Below are positions 1 through 13,690 of a DNA stretch of 64,000 nt, one piece after another. The notes under the pieces were generated by a model. It was not told the origin of the DNA, ran no database searches, and saw only the letters and a program-made list of their open reading frames with translations. Position numbers and translations under genes: made by a program. The stretch is from a virus (taxonomy: Duplodnaviria; Heunggongvirae; Uroviricota; Caudoviricetes): positions 14,950-78,949 of the IMG/VR virus record IMGVR_UViG_3300022751_000001; one strand, given 5' to 3'. Position 1 is the first letter of the stretch. Each line of letters begins with the position of its first letter.

Positions 1-153
1 TTCTGCATAAGGCTGTCGGTGATGACTTGGTTTTATACCTACTATCACTGGCATACCTTATCGGGTTCGGTGTATCAAACTTTCACGAGGGCGAGATGCG
101 AGCAGACGTTCGCAACGAACTTCGTAAAAGGATAGCTGAGAAAGAGGCTAATA

Positions 154-450
154 ATGACAAAGGCTAAAGTGAACCTACCAGATTGGGGTAGCTATGTTGC
201 TCCTCAAGTCAAAGACGGTGTACCGATTACTCGGGAGCACTATACGTTCGATGAGCGTGTTATGTTGATGATGAAGGACCGCTACCCAGACCGCAGTGAT
301 GCCTTGATACGATCTTCAGTGGCTATCTTGTACTCACTGAGCGGTTGGTCGCCCTCTGATGGTGAACCAAGCGAGTATACGGAGAACTATATAACTAACC
401 TGCTTATTATGAGCATAGTAGAAGAGGAGAGACAGAATGGCGACGTTTAA
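154..450 (+). CDS. hypothetical protein
   Basis: 98-aa ORF, first in a plus-strand block of short tightly packed genes; no recognisable motif. Confidence 0.45.
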   Translation: MTKAKVNLPDWGSYVAPQVKDGVPITREHYTFDERVMLMMKDRYPDRSDALIRSSVAILYSLSGWSPSDGEPSEYTENYITNLLIMSIVEEERQNGDV

Positions 451-721
451 TATATCACCTAAGAACATAGGCTACCTTACCGTTACCTATGACGAGCTGA
501 TGTCCTACAGCAGGATACCAGAATTGGTTTGCGACAACTGCAACAACCTGTTGAAACACGATGAACCTGCCACTGTGATACCAGTATTGAACAGTGCTTA
601 CTGCCCTACTTGCACACCCGATTATATGGAGAGCGTAAAAGACTACCCAGAAGACAGGGCGATACGAGCAAGGCGCGAGCAGTTCTGGTGCGACTTCTAC
701 GGTATAGAGGCTACAGTATGA
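437..721 (+). CDS. hypothetical Cys-rich small protein (possible zinc ribbon)
   Basis: 94 aa with CDNCNN...CPTC cysteine pairs; overlaps the previous ORF by 14 nt. Confidence 0.45.
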   Translation: MATFNISPKNIGYLTVTYDELMSYSRIPELVCDNCNNLLKHDEPATVIPVLNSAYCPTCTPDYMESVKDYPEDRAIRARREQFWCDFYGIEATV

Positions 722-885
722 AACAACCACCTAAGAAAATGACACTGGCGAAACTCGACGTTCTGGTTATGCCTAACGGTGAGATACTCTCTGGCGGTAT
801 GACCGTCGGTTGGGTGTCCGAGGTTAGCGAAGTAGCAAAGCACCTAAGCGACTTTCGGGACGCAATCACAGGGGAGCCTGTATGA
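718..885 (+). CDS. hypothetical small protein
   Basis: ATGA overlap with the previous stop at 718-721; 55 aa (MKQPPKKMTLAKL...). Confidence 0.35.
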   Translation: MKQPPKKMTLAKLDVLVMPNGEILSGGMTVGWVSEVSEVAKHLSDFRDAITGEPV

Positions 886-1026
886 GTTTTTACGAAGATT
901 ATGTAGCCGATGGTTTGTGTTGTATGTCCTGCGGGACACTTATCGACGGTGACGAGCCTGGGTATCCACGATCCTGTGGGTGCGATGGCCTCTCCGATGA
1001 CGAGGACGACGATGAGCTTGCGTGAG
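882..1026 (+). CDS. hypothetical small Cys-rich protein with acidic tail
   Basis: ATGA overlap at 882; MSFYEDYVADGLCCMSCGTLIDGDEPGYPRSCGCDGLSDDEDDDELA; below the 60-aa ORF-track cutoff. Confidence 0.3.
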
Positions 1027-1254
1027 GCGGTGAAAACATTTGTTTTGGCCTGCCCCGCTCCCAGGATTAGTTCGCATCGGGTTATCGTCCACCGCAGAAA
1101 AGGTCGTGGGCGAGTAAAGAGCAAGTACGACAAGAAGTACGGCACGAAAGGCAAGTGGGCCTTGCTGTGCGGTCAATGGGTTACGCAGGATATGAACGTA
1201 ACCACCAACGATAGAAACGTAACGTGTATGAAATGTTTAAGGAGAATGCAATGA
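1009..1254 (+). CDS. hypothetical basic protein with C-terminal CxxC...CxxC
   Basis: internal ATG of the 910-1254 ORF chosen to avoid a long overlap; ...LLCGQW...CMKCLRRMQ. Confidence 0.3.
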   Translation, partial: TMSLREAVKTFVLACPAPRISSHRVIVHRRKGRGRVKSKYDKKYGTKGKWALLCGQWVTQDMNVTTNDRNVTCMKCLRRMQ

Positions 1255-1409
1255 GTGTATCTTTGCGAGAAGTGCTAGAGGCCGCTGAATACGATATTGA
1301 AACGTATCAAGACGCTCTATGGCTGTTATCGAAGCAGAGCGAGTTCGAGGAATTGATCGAAGAGGCTCAAGAAGTGGTCGAGATGACCGAAGATAGCGAG
1401 GACGAATAA
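1251..1409 (+). CDS. hypothetical acidic small protein
   Basis: ATGA overlap at 1251; 52 aa, Glu/Asp-rich C-terminus. Confidence 0.35.
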   Translation: MSVSLREVLEAAEYDIETYQDALWLLSKQSEFEELIEEAQEVVEMTEDSEDE

Positions 1410-1594
1410 TGATTGACCGTGTAACCTACAGGATTACAGACGAGACCCCTGCACATATCAGGTTCAGCTTATGGGTGAACGGTGGGTTGATATGCAGCCC
1501 TGGTGGTTTATGTCTACGAGTTGATGAGTTTGAACCGTTCATGGCTAAGCTCGGAGCGATTTCAGACTCTGAGTGGTACAATAGTTTAGATTAG
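1409..1594 (+). CDS. hypothetical protein
   Basis: TAATG overlap with the previous stop; 61 aa. Confidence 0.45.
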   Translation: MIDRVTYRITDETPAHIRFSLWVNGGLICSPGGLCLRVDEFEPFMAKLGAISDSEWYNSLD

Positions 1595-1639
1595 ATAAAA
1601 GGTATTGTATTTTATCTTGAAACGTGTTACTATTAGAGT

Positions 1640-1867
1640 ATGAAACAGATTAAAGTCAATTATATTGCGACAGGTGAATGGGCCAGTTATGGCACACCTT
1701 TTTGGTTAGAGTGTCAGCACTCTGATTACGAAGAGGACGGTCAGCGGGTATACTGCGACTACTGTGACAAAATGGGCTACCGATACGAAGAAACTGAATA
1801 CGAGGGTACTGATGATGACGGAAACGTTGAAGTCAGCACTCACACGTTAATTGAATGGTTTGAATAA
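1640..1867 (+). CDS. hypothetical small Cys/His protein
   Basis: 75 aa; CQH...CDYCDK motif. Confidence 0.45.
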   Translation: MKQIKVNYIATGEWASYGTPFWLECQHSDYEEDGQRVYCDYCDKMGYRYEETEYEGTDDDGNVEVSTHTLIEWFE

Positions 1868-1885
1868 CCAGAAAGGAGAAACGTT

Positions 1886-2602
1886 ATGAGTAACAAAGCA
1901 AGCACAATTTTCGATGACTTAATGGTTGAACGATATACAAAGAACCCTGAAAAGCACCGAATTAGCGTAGGCTTCACCGAGACAGGTACAGAAGTTAATT
2001 TCGGACTAAAGCAGATGGGTAACACACTTATCAGTGGTATTAGTCGTAGTGGTAAAACACAACTGGCGTTACACCTACTGGAATCAGTCACGAAGTTTGC
2101 AGATGTCGCTGTTTATTCGGTAAAACCGTCAGACTTTTTTATGTTCAGGGACGATGTCAAGATTGTTGACGATAGCAACACTATGAGCAAATTGATACGT
2201 CGTACAGTAGGCGAGATTGAGCGTCGAGCAGACCGAGTTCGCAAAGCGAGCGAGAAGGCTGGGTATGTCGTAGAATGTACCGAGAAACCGATGATTGTTA
2301 TGATTGATGAGTTTGCGGCATACAGCAGTACTATGGACGAGGCGACAGAGATAGCACTTGAAAAGATTGCAGGTGTTGGTATGGGGTTGAATGTATACCT
2401 ATATATTAGCTGTTTGCTACCAAGCAAAAAAGTTATGGGTGATATTCGGGACCAGTTTATAACGAGTATTTCGTTTAGACACCGTGACCGATACGGCAGT
2501 CAAGCAGCGATAGGCACGAGTGAAGCAACACGGCTAGAGTTGCGACAGTGTATCGTACAGAACGTCATCAGCACGTTTTTAGTTACAAGTCTTAACAAGT
2601 AA
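1886..2602 (+). CDS. RecA-superfamily ATPase (Sak4-like recombination ATPase)
   Basis: RBS aaaggag upstream; Walker A SRSGKTQLALHL (RecA/RadA-like GKTQLAL) and Walker B MIVMIDEFAAY; 238 aa as in phage Sak4. Confidence 0.55.
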   Translation: MSNKASTIFDDLMVERYTKNPEKHRISVGFTETGTEVNFGLKQMGNTLISGISRSGKTQLALHLLESVTKFADVAVYSVKPSDFFMFRDDVKIVDDSNTMSKLIRRTVGEIERRADRVRKASEKAGYVVECTEKPMIVMIDEFAAYSSTMDEATEIALEKIAGVGMGLNVYLYISCLLPSKKVMGDIRDQFITSISFRHRDRYGSQAAIGTSEATRLELRQCIVQNVISTFLVTSLNK

Positions 2603-2605
2603 ATA

Positions 2606-2640
2606 AATAGAGCTAGAGAGCAATCTCTGGCTTTATTTTT
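2606..2640 (+). terminator. possible rho-independent terminator after the ATPase gene
   Basis: short hairpin (ctagaga-gcaa-tctctgg) followed by ctttattttt. Confidence 0.35.
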
Positions 2641-2902
2641 ACCTTCTCGATCAGCCTGTGTTTCTTGGATTACTCTTCGCTGCGTCCTGTAGCCTGCGAC
2701 CGCCCCACACCACGCACGTTACGCTATGGTAATGACGTACCATCTCCCTAAATCCACGATAAAATCGTAAGCCTCGAGTTCGCAAAATACTTGACTTCCT
2801 ATGCTGGAAATGATTGAAAATGTGTGAAAAAGTAGTACACACATTTTTTGCACACTTTTTTTGAACGAAACCTTCGCATCGAAATTGAAGCCACGACCTC
2901 TG

Positions 2903-2931
2903 TTGACGCGGTACTTGCCATGTAGTATAAT
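2903..2931 (+). promoter_or_regulatory. sigma70-like promoter (TTGACG-17-TATAAT)
   Basis: ttgacg at 2903-2908, 17-nt spacer, tataat at 2926-2931; consensus -35 and -10. Confidence 0.6.
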
Positions 2932-3102
2932 AGTGTAAATGTTCGATTATAATATAGTTCGACCACCAAACGGCAAGATGCTCGGTTGCCCGTGGGGTAG
3001 AGTGGCGTGGCGACATGGGCACATGACAGGGGCTTTTGTTCGACACCAATGGTTGTTCGCGAGAGGCGCACGTTCTAACAACTTTTTGGCGGTAATGGGC
3101 TA

Positions 3103-3297
3103 ATGTTCGATTATATTATCGAGCTACCAGCAAGGCACGTTGTGCTGAAGAACAGATTTTCTATGGCTCAACAACCAGCGAAACCCGATATAGGACGGTT
3201 TAAGTTCTTTAAGCTAGAGCGGTATCTTTTCAGGCGAAGTCGCACGGGGTGTTACCTCCTTGTAAACGATAACCCAGAAGTGGCGGCAATAGGCTGA
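3103..3297 (+). CDS. hypothetical protein (doubtful)
   Basis: 64-aa ORF inside the long leader downstream of the 2903 promoter; weak RBS. Confidence 0.2.
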   Translation: MFDYIIELPARHVVLKNRFSMAQQPAKPDIGRFKFFKLERYLFRRSRTGCYLLVNDNPEVAAIG

Positions 3298-3917
3298 TGA
3301 CTCAAGAAGAGATGTACGAAATTATGCAAAAGCATTTGTCTAGCCCTGCCCCCTGGCGGCAGAAACTTTCTGGTTCTTGGGACGGTTTTCGCAAAGCTAA
3401 TCACTATACTGGCCCCGTAAAGAACGACATCTTTGTTCGACCACCTGTTGAACACGACAACCCGTTTGTTTTTGAAATGAAAAAACCCGCAAAAGTTGAT
3501 CGCGGGAAGAAGAATAACATTGAACACATGATTAAGGGCAGAATGGGTCAGTTGAAACATTCGAGAAGTGCCTATACAATCACGACGCTCGATAGCGGAG
3601 AAGTTGAGATGGTAGACCACACTGGGGGCTTAATACATTCGTTTGACCTTGCCCGCCACCAGTCAAGCTCAGTGTCGACCCCGTTCCCAGCACGATGGGA
3701 CGACGCGTGGATGCGAGGACGATTCGACACGAATGAACCCCGTCTACACCACACCGTAAATATCGAGACAGACAGAGTTGAGCTGAAATCTTTGTCGGGT
3801 GAGAGCATTATGATTGACGACTATAGGACTAACGTTACTTGGTCTAACCGTGAGGTTGAATTACCGAAGTTTGCGCAGGGTGGAATCATCAAGCTAGATG
3901 AGTATACCGACTGGTAA
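3297..3917 (+). CDS. hypothetical protein
   Basis: 206-aa ORF with no recognisable motif; followed by a strong terminator. Confidence 0.5.
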   Translation: MTQEEMYEIMQKHLSSPAPWRQKLSGSWDGFRKANHYTGPVKNDIFVRPPVEHDNPFVFEMKKPAKVDRGKKNNIEHMIKGRMGQLKHSRSAYTITTLDSGEVEMVDHTGGLIHSFDLARHQSSSVSTPFPARWDDAWMRGRFDTNEPRLHHTVNIETDRVELKSLSGESIMIDDYRTNVTWSNREVELPKFAQGGIIKLDEYTDW

Positions 3918-3950
3918 CCATCTTTGATCGTAAAACGTATCCAGCGAGCT

Positions 3951-3976
3951 CCTGTGCAGTCACAGGGGCTTTTTTA
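3951..3976 (+). terminator. rho-independent terminator
   Basis: cctgtg-cagt-cacagg stem followed by ggctttttt; sits between convergent genes. Confidence 0.6.
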
Positions 3977-5632
3977 AGTGCTTAGAGAAGCTATCTGGCT
4001 ACCCGTGATCGCAGCTGCGTCAGCTAATGTAACGTGAGCAGTACCGACTGTGTCGTCGACAGGTACGCCATAGAGTACGTCTTCGGGGTCAGGGACAATC
4101 ATTGTACCGACTTTGTCGTCATTATCGTAAACCACACCAGCACGAACGTCTGTTACGGCTATATCTGAGTCGACATCTGAGAGTGGTGGTATTTGTTCGA
4201 CATCTACGTAATTGTTTGTCGCAACATAGCGCCAGATTAAGTGAGCGTCGTCTGCAACGAGATAAGGCACTGCGATTGCGGCTGCATACGCGGTATTCGT
4301 GATAGTCGTAGTTTGGTTCGCTTTACCGATAGTAACCGTACCCACGAATTGAGTCGTACACTGAATTGCAGGAGAACCCGATGTACCTCTAGTAGAGATT
4401 TCAGGACCTTCAACGACGAGGTTTGAGCCGTTGTTGTTCAATGAAACACCTACACCGAGGGAGTTAGTCGATGCGCTAAGACCTGCGTAAACGCTACCAC
4501 CAATCCAAACCTGGATACCCCCCGCTGCGCTACCACCCGCACTGATTCCACCAGCATTCGGGCCACCGCGTACGTCACCAGTTACAGTAATGTAGCTGAT
4601 ACCCGTAAATGTGTTGATTGTGTTGAATGAGATACCCTGAGCACCTGAGCCGCCTGTAAGTTGGTTAGCCGATACATTGCCGTTGACGGTAATCTTACCA
4701 CCAACGCTACCGCCCTGAATACCTACCGCACCGCTTGAGTTAGAGGTCCCGCCAGTGACATCACCGTTAACCGTAATATCGAAGTTGAAACCGTTGAGTG
4801 TTATACCAGTTGCGCTACCGCTTGAAGTGTTACCACCAGTGACGTTACCGTTAATGATAAGTTGAACCCCACCGTTAACACTTAGACTTGGTGAGCTACC
4901 AGGCCCGATATTACCATTGACCGTGATAACCCCAGCAGTTGTGCGAGTACCGCTAAACCCTGCACCAGCACCGACTATACCGACAATAGAGCCAGTGTTT
5001 ATTGTCACTGGTTTCACAAAAGGAACTGCGGTAGTACCACCAGAGATGTTTAGCCCCGCTGAGATTATTGGCACTGTTAAAGTTATCGCGCTATCACCCA
5101 AAGAGGAGAAGGCCTGAGCAAACGCCGTACCGTTACCTTGGAGTGCTGTCGTCAGGTTGATGTCTAAGTCAGCCGTTGAAGAATTTAGCAGCACTAATGG
5201 TTCGTTACCCGTTGCTTGGTTGTCAGCTTGCCAGCTAGTGCCCGTGAACGCAACAGACCCAGTCGCAGCGGCTAAAATGTTGATCGCAGCCAGTGCGGTT
5301 GTACCCGTGTGAGAACCGATTGATACAAGACCAGTATTGATAACAGAACCCGTTGCGCTATAAGAGCCATCAATTTCTAGCAAGCAAGTACCCGTAGCGG
5401 TTACGCTGAGAAGCATTGACACCGTGCAAGTGATAGTTCGTGGGGTTGAACCAGTTAAGACGAACTTACCGTTACCTGTATTTGAAAGACTTTGCACCGT
5501 GACATTTTGGTCGATTGTGACAACGTGACCAGTGACTACTTGAGCAACGTCATTTACGCCTGGCAATACACCACCGCTCCATGTTGAAGGGCTAGACCAG
5601 TTACCAGTTGCTTGAGATGCAATTGTTGCCAT
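3974..5632 (-). CDS. tail fibre / tail spike-like protein (Gly/Thr/Ser-rich repeats)
   Basis: 552 aa; N-terminal GNWSSPSTWSGGVLPGVNDV; long G/T/S/N-rich repeat body; C-terminus similar to the paralog at 5638-7008. Confidence 0.65.
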   Translation of the reverse strand: MATIASQATGNWSSPSTWSGGVLPGVNDVAQVVTGHVVTIDQNVTVQSLSNTGNGKFVLTGSTPRTITCTVSMLLSVTATGTCLLEIDGSYSATGSVINTGLVSIGSHTGTTALAAINILAAATGSVAFTGTSWQADNQATGNEPLVLLNSSTADLDINLTTALQGNGTAFAQAFSSLGDSAITLTVPIISAGLNISGGTTAVPFVKPVTINTGSIVGIVGAGAGFSGTRTTAGVITVNGNIGPGSSPSLSVNGGVQLIINGNVTGGNTSSGSATGITLNGFNFDITVNGDVTGGTSNSSGAVGIQGGSVGGKITVNGNVSANQLTGGSGAQGISFNTINTFTGISYITVTGDVRGGPNAGGISAGGSAAGGIQVWIGGSVYAGLSASTNSLGVGVSLNNNGSNLVVEGPEISTRGTSGSPAIQCTTQFVGTVTIGKANQTTTITNTAYAAAIAVPYLVADDAHLIWRYVATNNYVDVEQIPPLSDVDSDIAVTDVRAGVVYDNDDKVGTMIVPDPEDVLYGVPVDDTVGTAHVTLADAAAITGSQIASLST

Positions 5633-5637
5633 TTATT

Positions 5638-7008
5638 TTACTCGCTTAATGTGGCTATTTGACCACCCGTTATATTTGCTAGGTCGTTGTTATCTGCTAA
5701 TGCTGTACCTACGGTCGTGTCGTCGTACGTAACTCCAGCTCTGACGGAGTGCGGCATTGGCATTTTTAGATCGCCTGTAGTCTCACCGACTGCGTAGGCT
5801 TCACCCTCTCGAACATTTGCTGGGGTTGGCCCCGCCCCGTGTTCGGTGAGATATAGCAGAGAACCGTCTTCGTGTCGCTGAATAACTTCGTAGTCGTTGC
5901 CAGGTGCAAGAATGCTTTGCCCCCATACCGCGAGACCAGTTCCCCTCGACTCAAGGCGGTGGGTTGCACCTGCGTTAGGTGTACCTATAACTACCTTTGC
6001 TGTGTTCGTAAGGTAGAAAGCGGAAGCTGACCCCTCAGAGATTGCGCTACCATTTAGAAAGAATGTTGCACCACTAGAGCTGACCACCCCAGCGTTAGTA
6101 CCGTTCGCACGAGCAATTACGTCTCCGTTGATAGTTACTTCCCATTGGCTCATGTTTACCATAGCAGTACCACTACTACCGACTGCTTGTTCGATGTTGC
6201 CATTGAAGATTGTCGTTGATCCGACAAGCGAACCACCTGACACGATACCAGCACTACCCGTGCGAATGAAGTCCCCATTGATAATAACTTCTGCTTCGGT
6301 GCTGTTCATGTTGATACCCGCACTTGAGTTTGTGGTGTTGAGAATAAAGTCACCGTTTACAGTAACATACCGTCTTGAACCACTTTGAGAGGTGTGAATG
6401 AAGAACCCACCGACACTAATAGGCTGGTCAAGAGTGTTCAGGACAAACTCTGCTGGGGTTCCTGTAGATGCGTTTGAGTAGAAGTATGGGCTGAAGTTCA
6501 TTACTAATGAAGGACAGGTGACTACGAAGCGTGACATAATGTCCAGTGCGCTCACTCCGTTACCCCAGAAGAGAGCTGGGTTTGAACCCGCTTGGTTCGA
6601 ATCCCCGACGAAGCTATTCATCGTGAGATTAAATGTACCAGAACACCCTTGCAGACCACGGCAAAAACCGTTACCGTTAGTAATTGAACCTGAGTGGGCT
6701 GCGATGACTACGTTGTTTGCAACAATACCGCCAGTTTCTGCGCTGTATGAACCGTCAATAGTGAACATAGCACCCTGGCTGGCGTTCTGTGTAATTGTGC
6801 CTGTTGATGTGAGCACATACCCAGTTGAACCTACCCAAGTAATCTGACCAACGCTTGTGGTTACGAGGTTAACACAAAAGCCATTCGTGTCAAGCGTGAC
6901 GTTGTGACCAGCAATTGTTACGTTATCAGCCGCGCCAGGAACAACCCCACCCGTCCATGTTGAGGGTGAAGACCAAGGACCGTTTGCGCCTGATGAAATG
7001 TTTGCCAT
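5638..7008 (-). CDS. tail fibre / tail spike-like protein, paralog of 3974-5632
   Basis: 456 aa; N-terminal GPWSSPSTWTGGVVPGAADNV; C-terminal ...TYDDTTVGTALADNNDLANITGGQIATLSE resembles the C-terminus of 3974-5632. Confidence 0.65.
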   Translation of the reverse strand: MANISSGANGPWSSPSTWTGGVVPGAADNVTIAGHNVTLDTNGFCVNLVTTSVGQITWVGSTGYVLTSTGTITQNASQGAMFTIDGSYSAETGGIVANNVVIAAHSGSITNGNGFCRGLQGCSGTFNLTMNSFVGDSNQAGSNPALFWGNGVSALDIMSRFVVTCPSLVMNFSPYFYSNASTGTPAEFVLNTLDQPISVGGFFIHTSQSGSRRYVTVNGDFILNTTNSSAGINMNSTEAEVIINGDFIRTGSAGIVSGGSLVGSTTIFNGNIEQAVGSSGTAMVNMSQWEVTINGDVIARANGTNAGVVSSSGATFFLNGSAISEGSASAFYLTNTAKVVIGTPNAGATHRLESRGTGLAVWGQSILAPGNDYEVIQRHEDGSLLYLTEHGAGPTPANVREGEAYAVGETTGDLKMPMPHSVRAGVTYDDTTVGTALADNNDLANITGGQIATLSE

Positions 7009-7022
7009 TTATTCTATTATAC

Positions 7023-10892
<3,870 letters not shown>

Positions 10893-10912
10893 TTATATAT
10901 ACCTATTTATTT

Positions 10913-13441
10913 CTATGCTGGGTCTCTAATGTAATATGAAAGACCGTCGCTGTCCTGTCGAATGAATACTCGCGAGTTTTGGTAATATGTATCACCATTT
11001 ACAAGCATATTGTTCATTTCGATAGTGTCGTTGTTAGCTCGGAACGCGACTTCGTTGTTTGAGTCGTATGAGGCGAACTCGCTTGGTGTCATCATTGTGT
11101 ATGAACCAACGTTCTCATCTGAGTATACCCGAATACCGCGTGTGTCGATCTGGACACTAGTGTTAAGGATTTCACCGTTGAACTGAGACCAAACCTGACG
11201 GTAAACACCAGTCACGAGCATTGGGTCAGTTATGTAAAATGCGGACGCACCGTCTGATTCGATTTCGATGTCGAAGTATACGTCTGAAGCTATTATACCT
11301 TCCGTGTAGAAGAAAGTCCAAGTGTAGATTTGCCCAGAAAGCATATCAAATTCGTAGTTGTCGACCGAGTTAGAAAGACGGATATGAGCGTTACCTGCAG
11401 TCGTCTTGCTTGCGTAGACTGAGAATGAGTACTCACCACCAAGTGTCACAGGGACACGCTGGCTGATTTTCTTGCTTGCGCCTGTAACCATAATCGAGTG
11501 ACCAGATACCGCACCGTATGCGAGTGAAGAAGGAGCGTCTTGAGATGATAATGCACCTGTACCAGATTCGATCCAGTGAGATAGGGACGTACCTTCGCGA
11601 GAGAAGCCCACAGAGTTTTGGATTAAGTTACCGCCACCAGTTGATTGAATCGTTGATGTGATGTTTTCGAGGGTTTGAAGCACTTGAGTAAATTGTGAAG
11701 TCGTTTCATTCGCAAAAGACGTGTATTCAGCCACGAGAGACGTGATGCTGTTGTTTTGGTGGTCTACTTGAATCTTTGTGTTGTAAAGCGTCGTCAAGAC
11801 ATTACCAGCAGTTTGTTGGTTTGTCGTACCGTCGTCAAATGGAACTGAAACGAGAGTTTCTTTGATGCTACCACCTTCCATGACAAGGTCGATTTCGTTG
11901 ATGAACATATTGTATTGGTCGCTGCCGTTGTCCATAACGATTACGTCACCTACGTCATACGCACATAGACCGATTGTTTCTGCACGACCTGTGTAGTATT
12001 CGATGCCATCGTATACGTCGTTGAACAGGTTCACGATGAAAGCGGCTCGGTTCGGGTCCATAATCCAGTTGTTTACGATACGATATGTAGTCAAACCGTC
12101 TGCCACTGCTGATGTTTCATTCGTTTCTACGATGTTGTCGTCTTGTGGTTGACGAGATAGTGACAATTGGTTAACTCTACCAGTTGTTGCGATAACTTTG
12201 AGCTTGCTAAGCGTGCTGTGGTCGAGAGTGTCGACTGGGTTCATACTGATTGGGGTAAACTCTAGCTGATTTTGAGGTGTGATTCGAGCAGTTGACCCTG
12301 TCGCTTCTGCAATATCCGCAATGAAGTCCCGAACCATATAGTTCTGGATATTAGCGAACGCGTCAGAAGCAAGTGAATAGTCGAGGTTAGGTAGATTATC
12401 TGGGTAGACCGCGCTACCATTTGTGATGATTGAGGTTGCGATTGCGTTAATCAGACCTTCGATTGTAACTGGGTAATCGAGGTTAAGGCCACCGTACGGA
12501 GTTGAAGCCGCGACAACAAGAGCGTCGTCAATGGTGATTGTAGTGCTAGGTGCGTCTTCGTCTTTTTCAACCTTCGTTACTTCCCCACGGTGAAGGATAA
12601 AACGGTCGAAGTAAGCCAGGTCAGCGTTGTTAGACACTTGAGGTTCGAGAGCTACATCATCTAAGAAGTAGTCGATACCCGCAGAACCGTTACCAGTTTG
12701 TAAGTAAAGATCCATGAGTGGTGATTGCATTAGTCGAACTCGGTCTTGAGCTTCGAAATTGATCGTATATTTAGTCCAGACATCGCTTGTTGAGATAGCA
12801 ATGTTAGGTGTTTCACCCCAAGTACCATCTGCTTGCAGGTAAACTGTATCCCCGTTTGCTTTTTGCATTGTCAAAACGAGGTTGAGAACCCCCTCTTCGG
12901 TAGATTTGTGCCAGAAAGAGAAGGTGTAAAGACCTTCAGGGGTAAGCCGTATGATATTTGGTACGTCTAGAGCGTCAGAAACACCAGCTGAAACATAATT
13001 ATCGTCTTCGTCAACGTGTAATTGAAGTGATTTCGTACCGCTGTGGTGTTCAGAAGTTGTTGTCGCAGCGTAACTTGAGCCACCTTCGTTCTTTAGGTAC
13101 CAACCAGCGACGGTTGAGGTATCCCAAGTATCCGTAGATTGCAAATCACCGTTGTAGATGACCGCGAGGGTCTCTTTTTGCACGAGAAGTGCTGAGTCTG
13201 CACTTAATCCTTCTTTGTTTTCAACAATACCGTGTATCTTGAGTACATTTCGTGAACCGACTGCTGAGTTGAAAGAGCCAGCTGTGGTGATATTGCTTGA
13301 GATGATAGTAGGAGCGTCAATACCTTGCTCGTAGTATTCGACAGAATCAAGCGATGTTTCGGAATAAAAAGCAGTAGCGTAGTGAATACGCTTAATGGTT
13401 TGCTTCATTGTTCGGAGCTTGTCTGGTCGGACTATCTTCAT
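10913..13441 (-). CDS. large virion structural protein (putative tail/baseplate or host-specificity protein)
   Basis: 842-aa ORF immediately upstream of the fibre genes on the same strand; no specific motif. Confidence 0.5.
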   Translation of the reverse strand: MKIVRPDKLRTMKQTIKRIHYATAFYSETSLDSVEYYEQGIDAPTIISSNITTAGSFNSAVGSRNVLKIHGIVENKEGLSADSALLVQKETLAVIYNGDLQSTDTWDTSTVAGWYLKNEGGSSYAATTTSEHHSGTKSLQLHVDEDDNYVSAGVSDALDVPNIIRLTPEGLYTFSFWHKSTEEGVLNLVLTMQKANGDTVYLQADGTWGETPNIAISTSDVWTKYTINFEAQDRVRLMQSPLMDLYLQTGNGSAGIDYFLDDVALEPQVSNNADLAYFDRFILHRGEVTKVEKDEDAPSTTITIDDALVVAASTPYGGLNLDYPVTIEGLINAIATSIITNGSAVYPDNLPNLDYSLASDAFANIQNYMVRDFIADIAEATGSTARITPQNQLEFTPISMNPVDTLDHSTLSKLKVIATTGRVNQLSLSRQPQDDNIVETNETSAVADGLTTYRIVNNWIMDPNRAAFIVNLFNDVYDGIEYYTGRAETIGLCAYDVGDVIVMDNGSDQYNMFINEIDLVMEGGSIKETLVSVPFDDGTTNQQTAGNVLTTLYNTKIQVDHQNNSITSLVAEYTSFANETTSQFTQVLQTLENITSTIQSTGGGNLIQNSVGFSREGTSLSHWIESGTGALSSQDAPSSLAYGAVSGHSIMVTGASKKISQRVPVTLGGEYSFSVYASKTTAGNAHIRLSNSVDNYEFDMLSGQIYTWTFFYTEGIIASDVYFDIEIESDGASAFYITDPMLVTGVYRQVWSQFNGEILNTSVQIDTRGIRVYSDENVGSYTMMTPSEFASYDSNNEVAFRANNDTIEMNNMLVNGDTYYQNSRVFIRQDSDGLSYYIRDPA

Positions 13442-13453
13442 CTATAGGTCTAC

Positions 13454-13690
13454 TTATTTCTTAGTGTGGTTTGCGCTGACAACCTGTTGGATAGTCTGTG
13501 TTTGCACATTACCGTCTACAACGCTAAAGATAAAGTTTGCGTAGCATTTACGGCATCGAGCTTCACCAGCTGAGCCGTCAGATACTTTTACGCAGAGAGA
13601 GTTACATTTATAGTTTTGACCGTTGGTTCGAGACAGCTTCTCGTATGGGCAGCGAATTTCGTGGAAATTATTTACCTGCATTGTCGTCAT
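13454..13690 (-). CDS. hypothetical Cys-rich small protein
   Basis: 78 aa with 6 Cys (C..C...C..C..C). Confidence 0.4.
   Translation of the reverse strand: MTTMQVNNFHEIRCPYEKLSRTNGQNYKCNSLCVKVSDGSAGEARCRKCYANFIFSVVDGNVQTQTIQQVVSANHTKK

Noticed and set aside
2651-3071. Minus-strand ORFs 2651-3049 and 2799-3071
   Set aside because: They lie antisense to a consensus promoter and leader, have no RBS and an odd Arg/Trp/His-rich composition; likely spurious.
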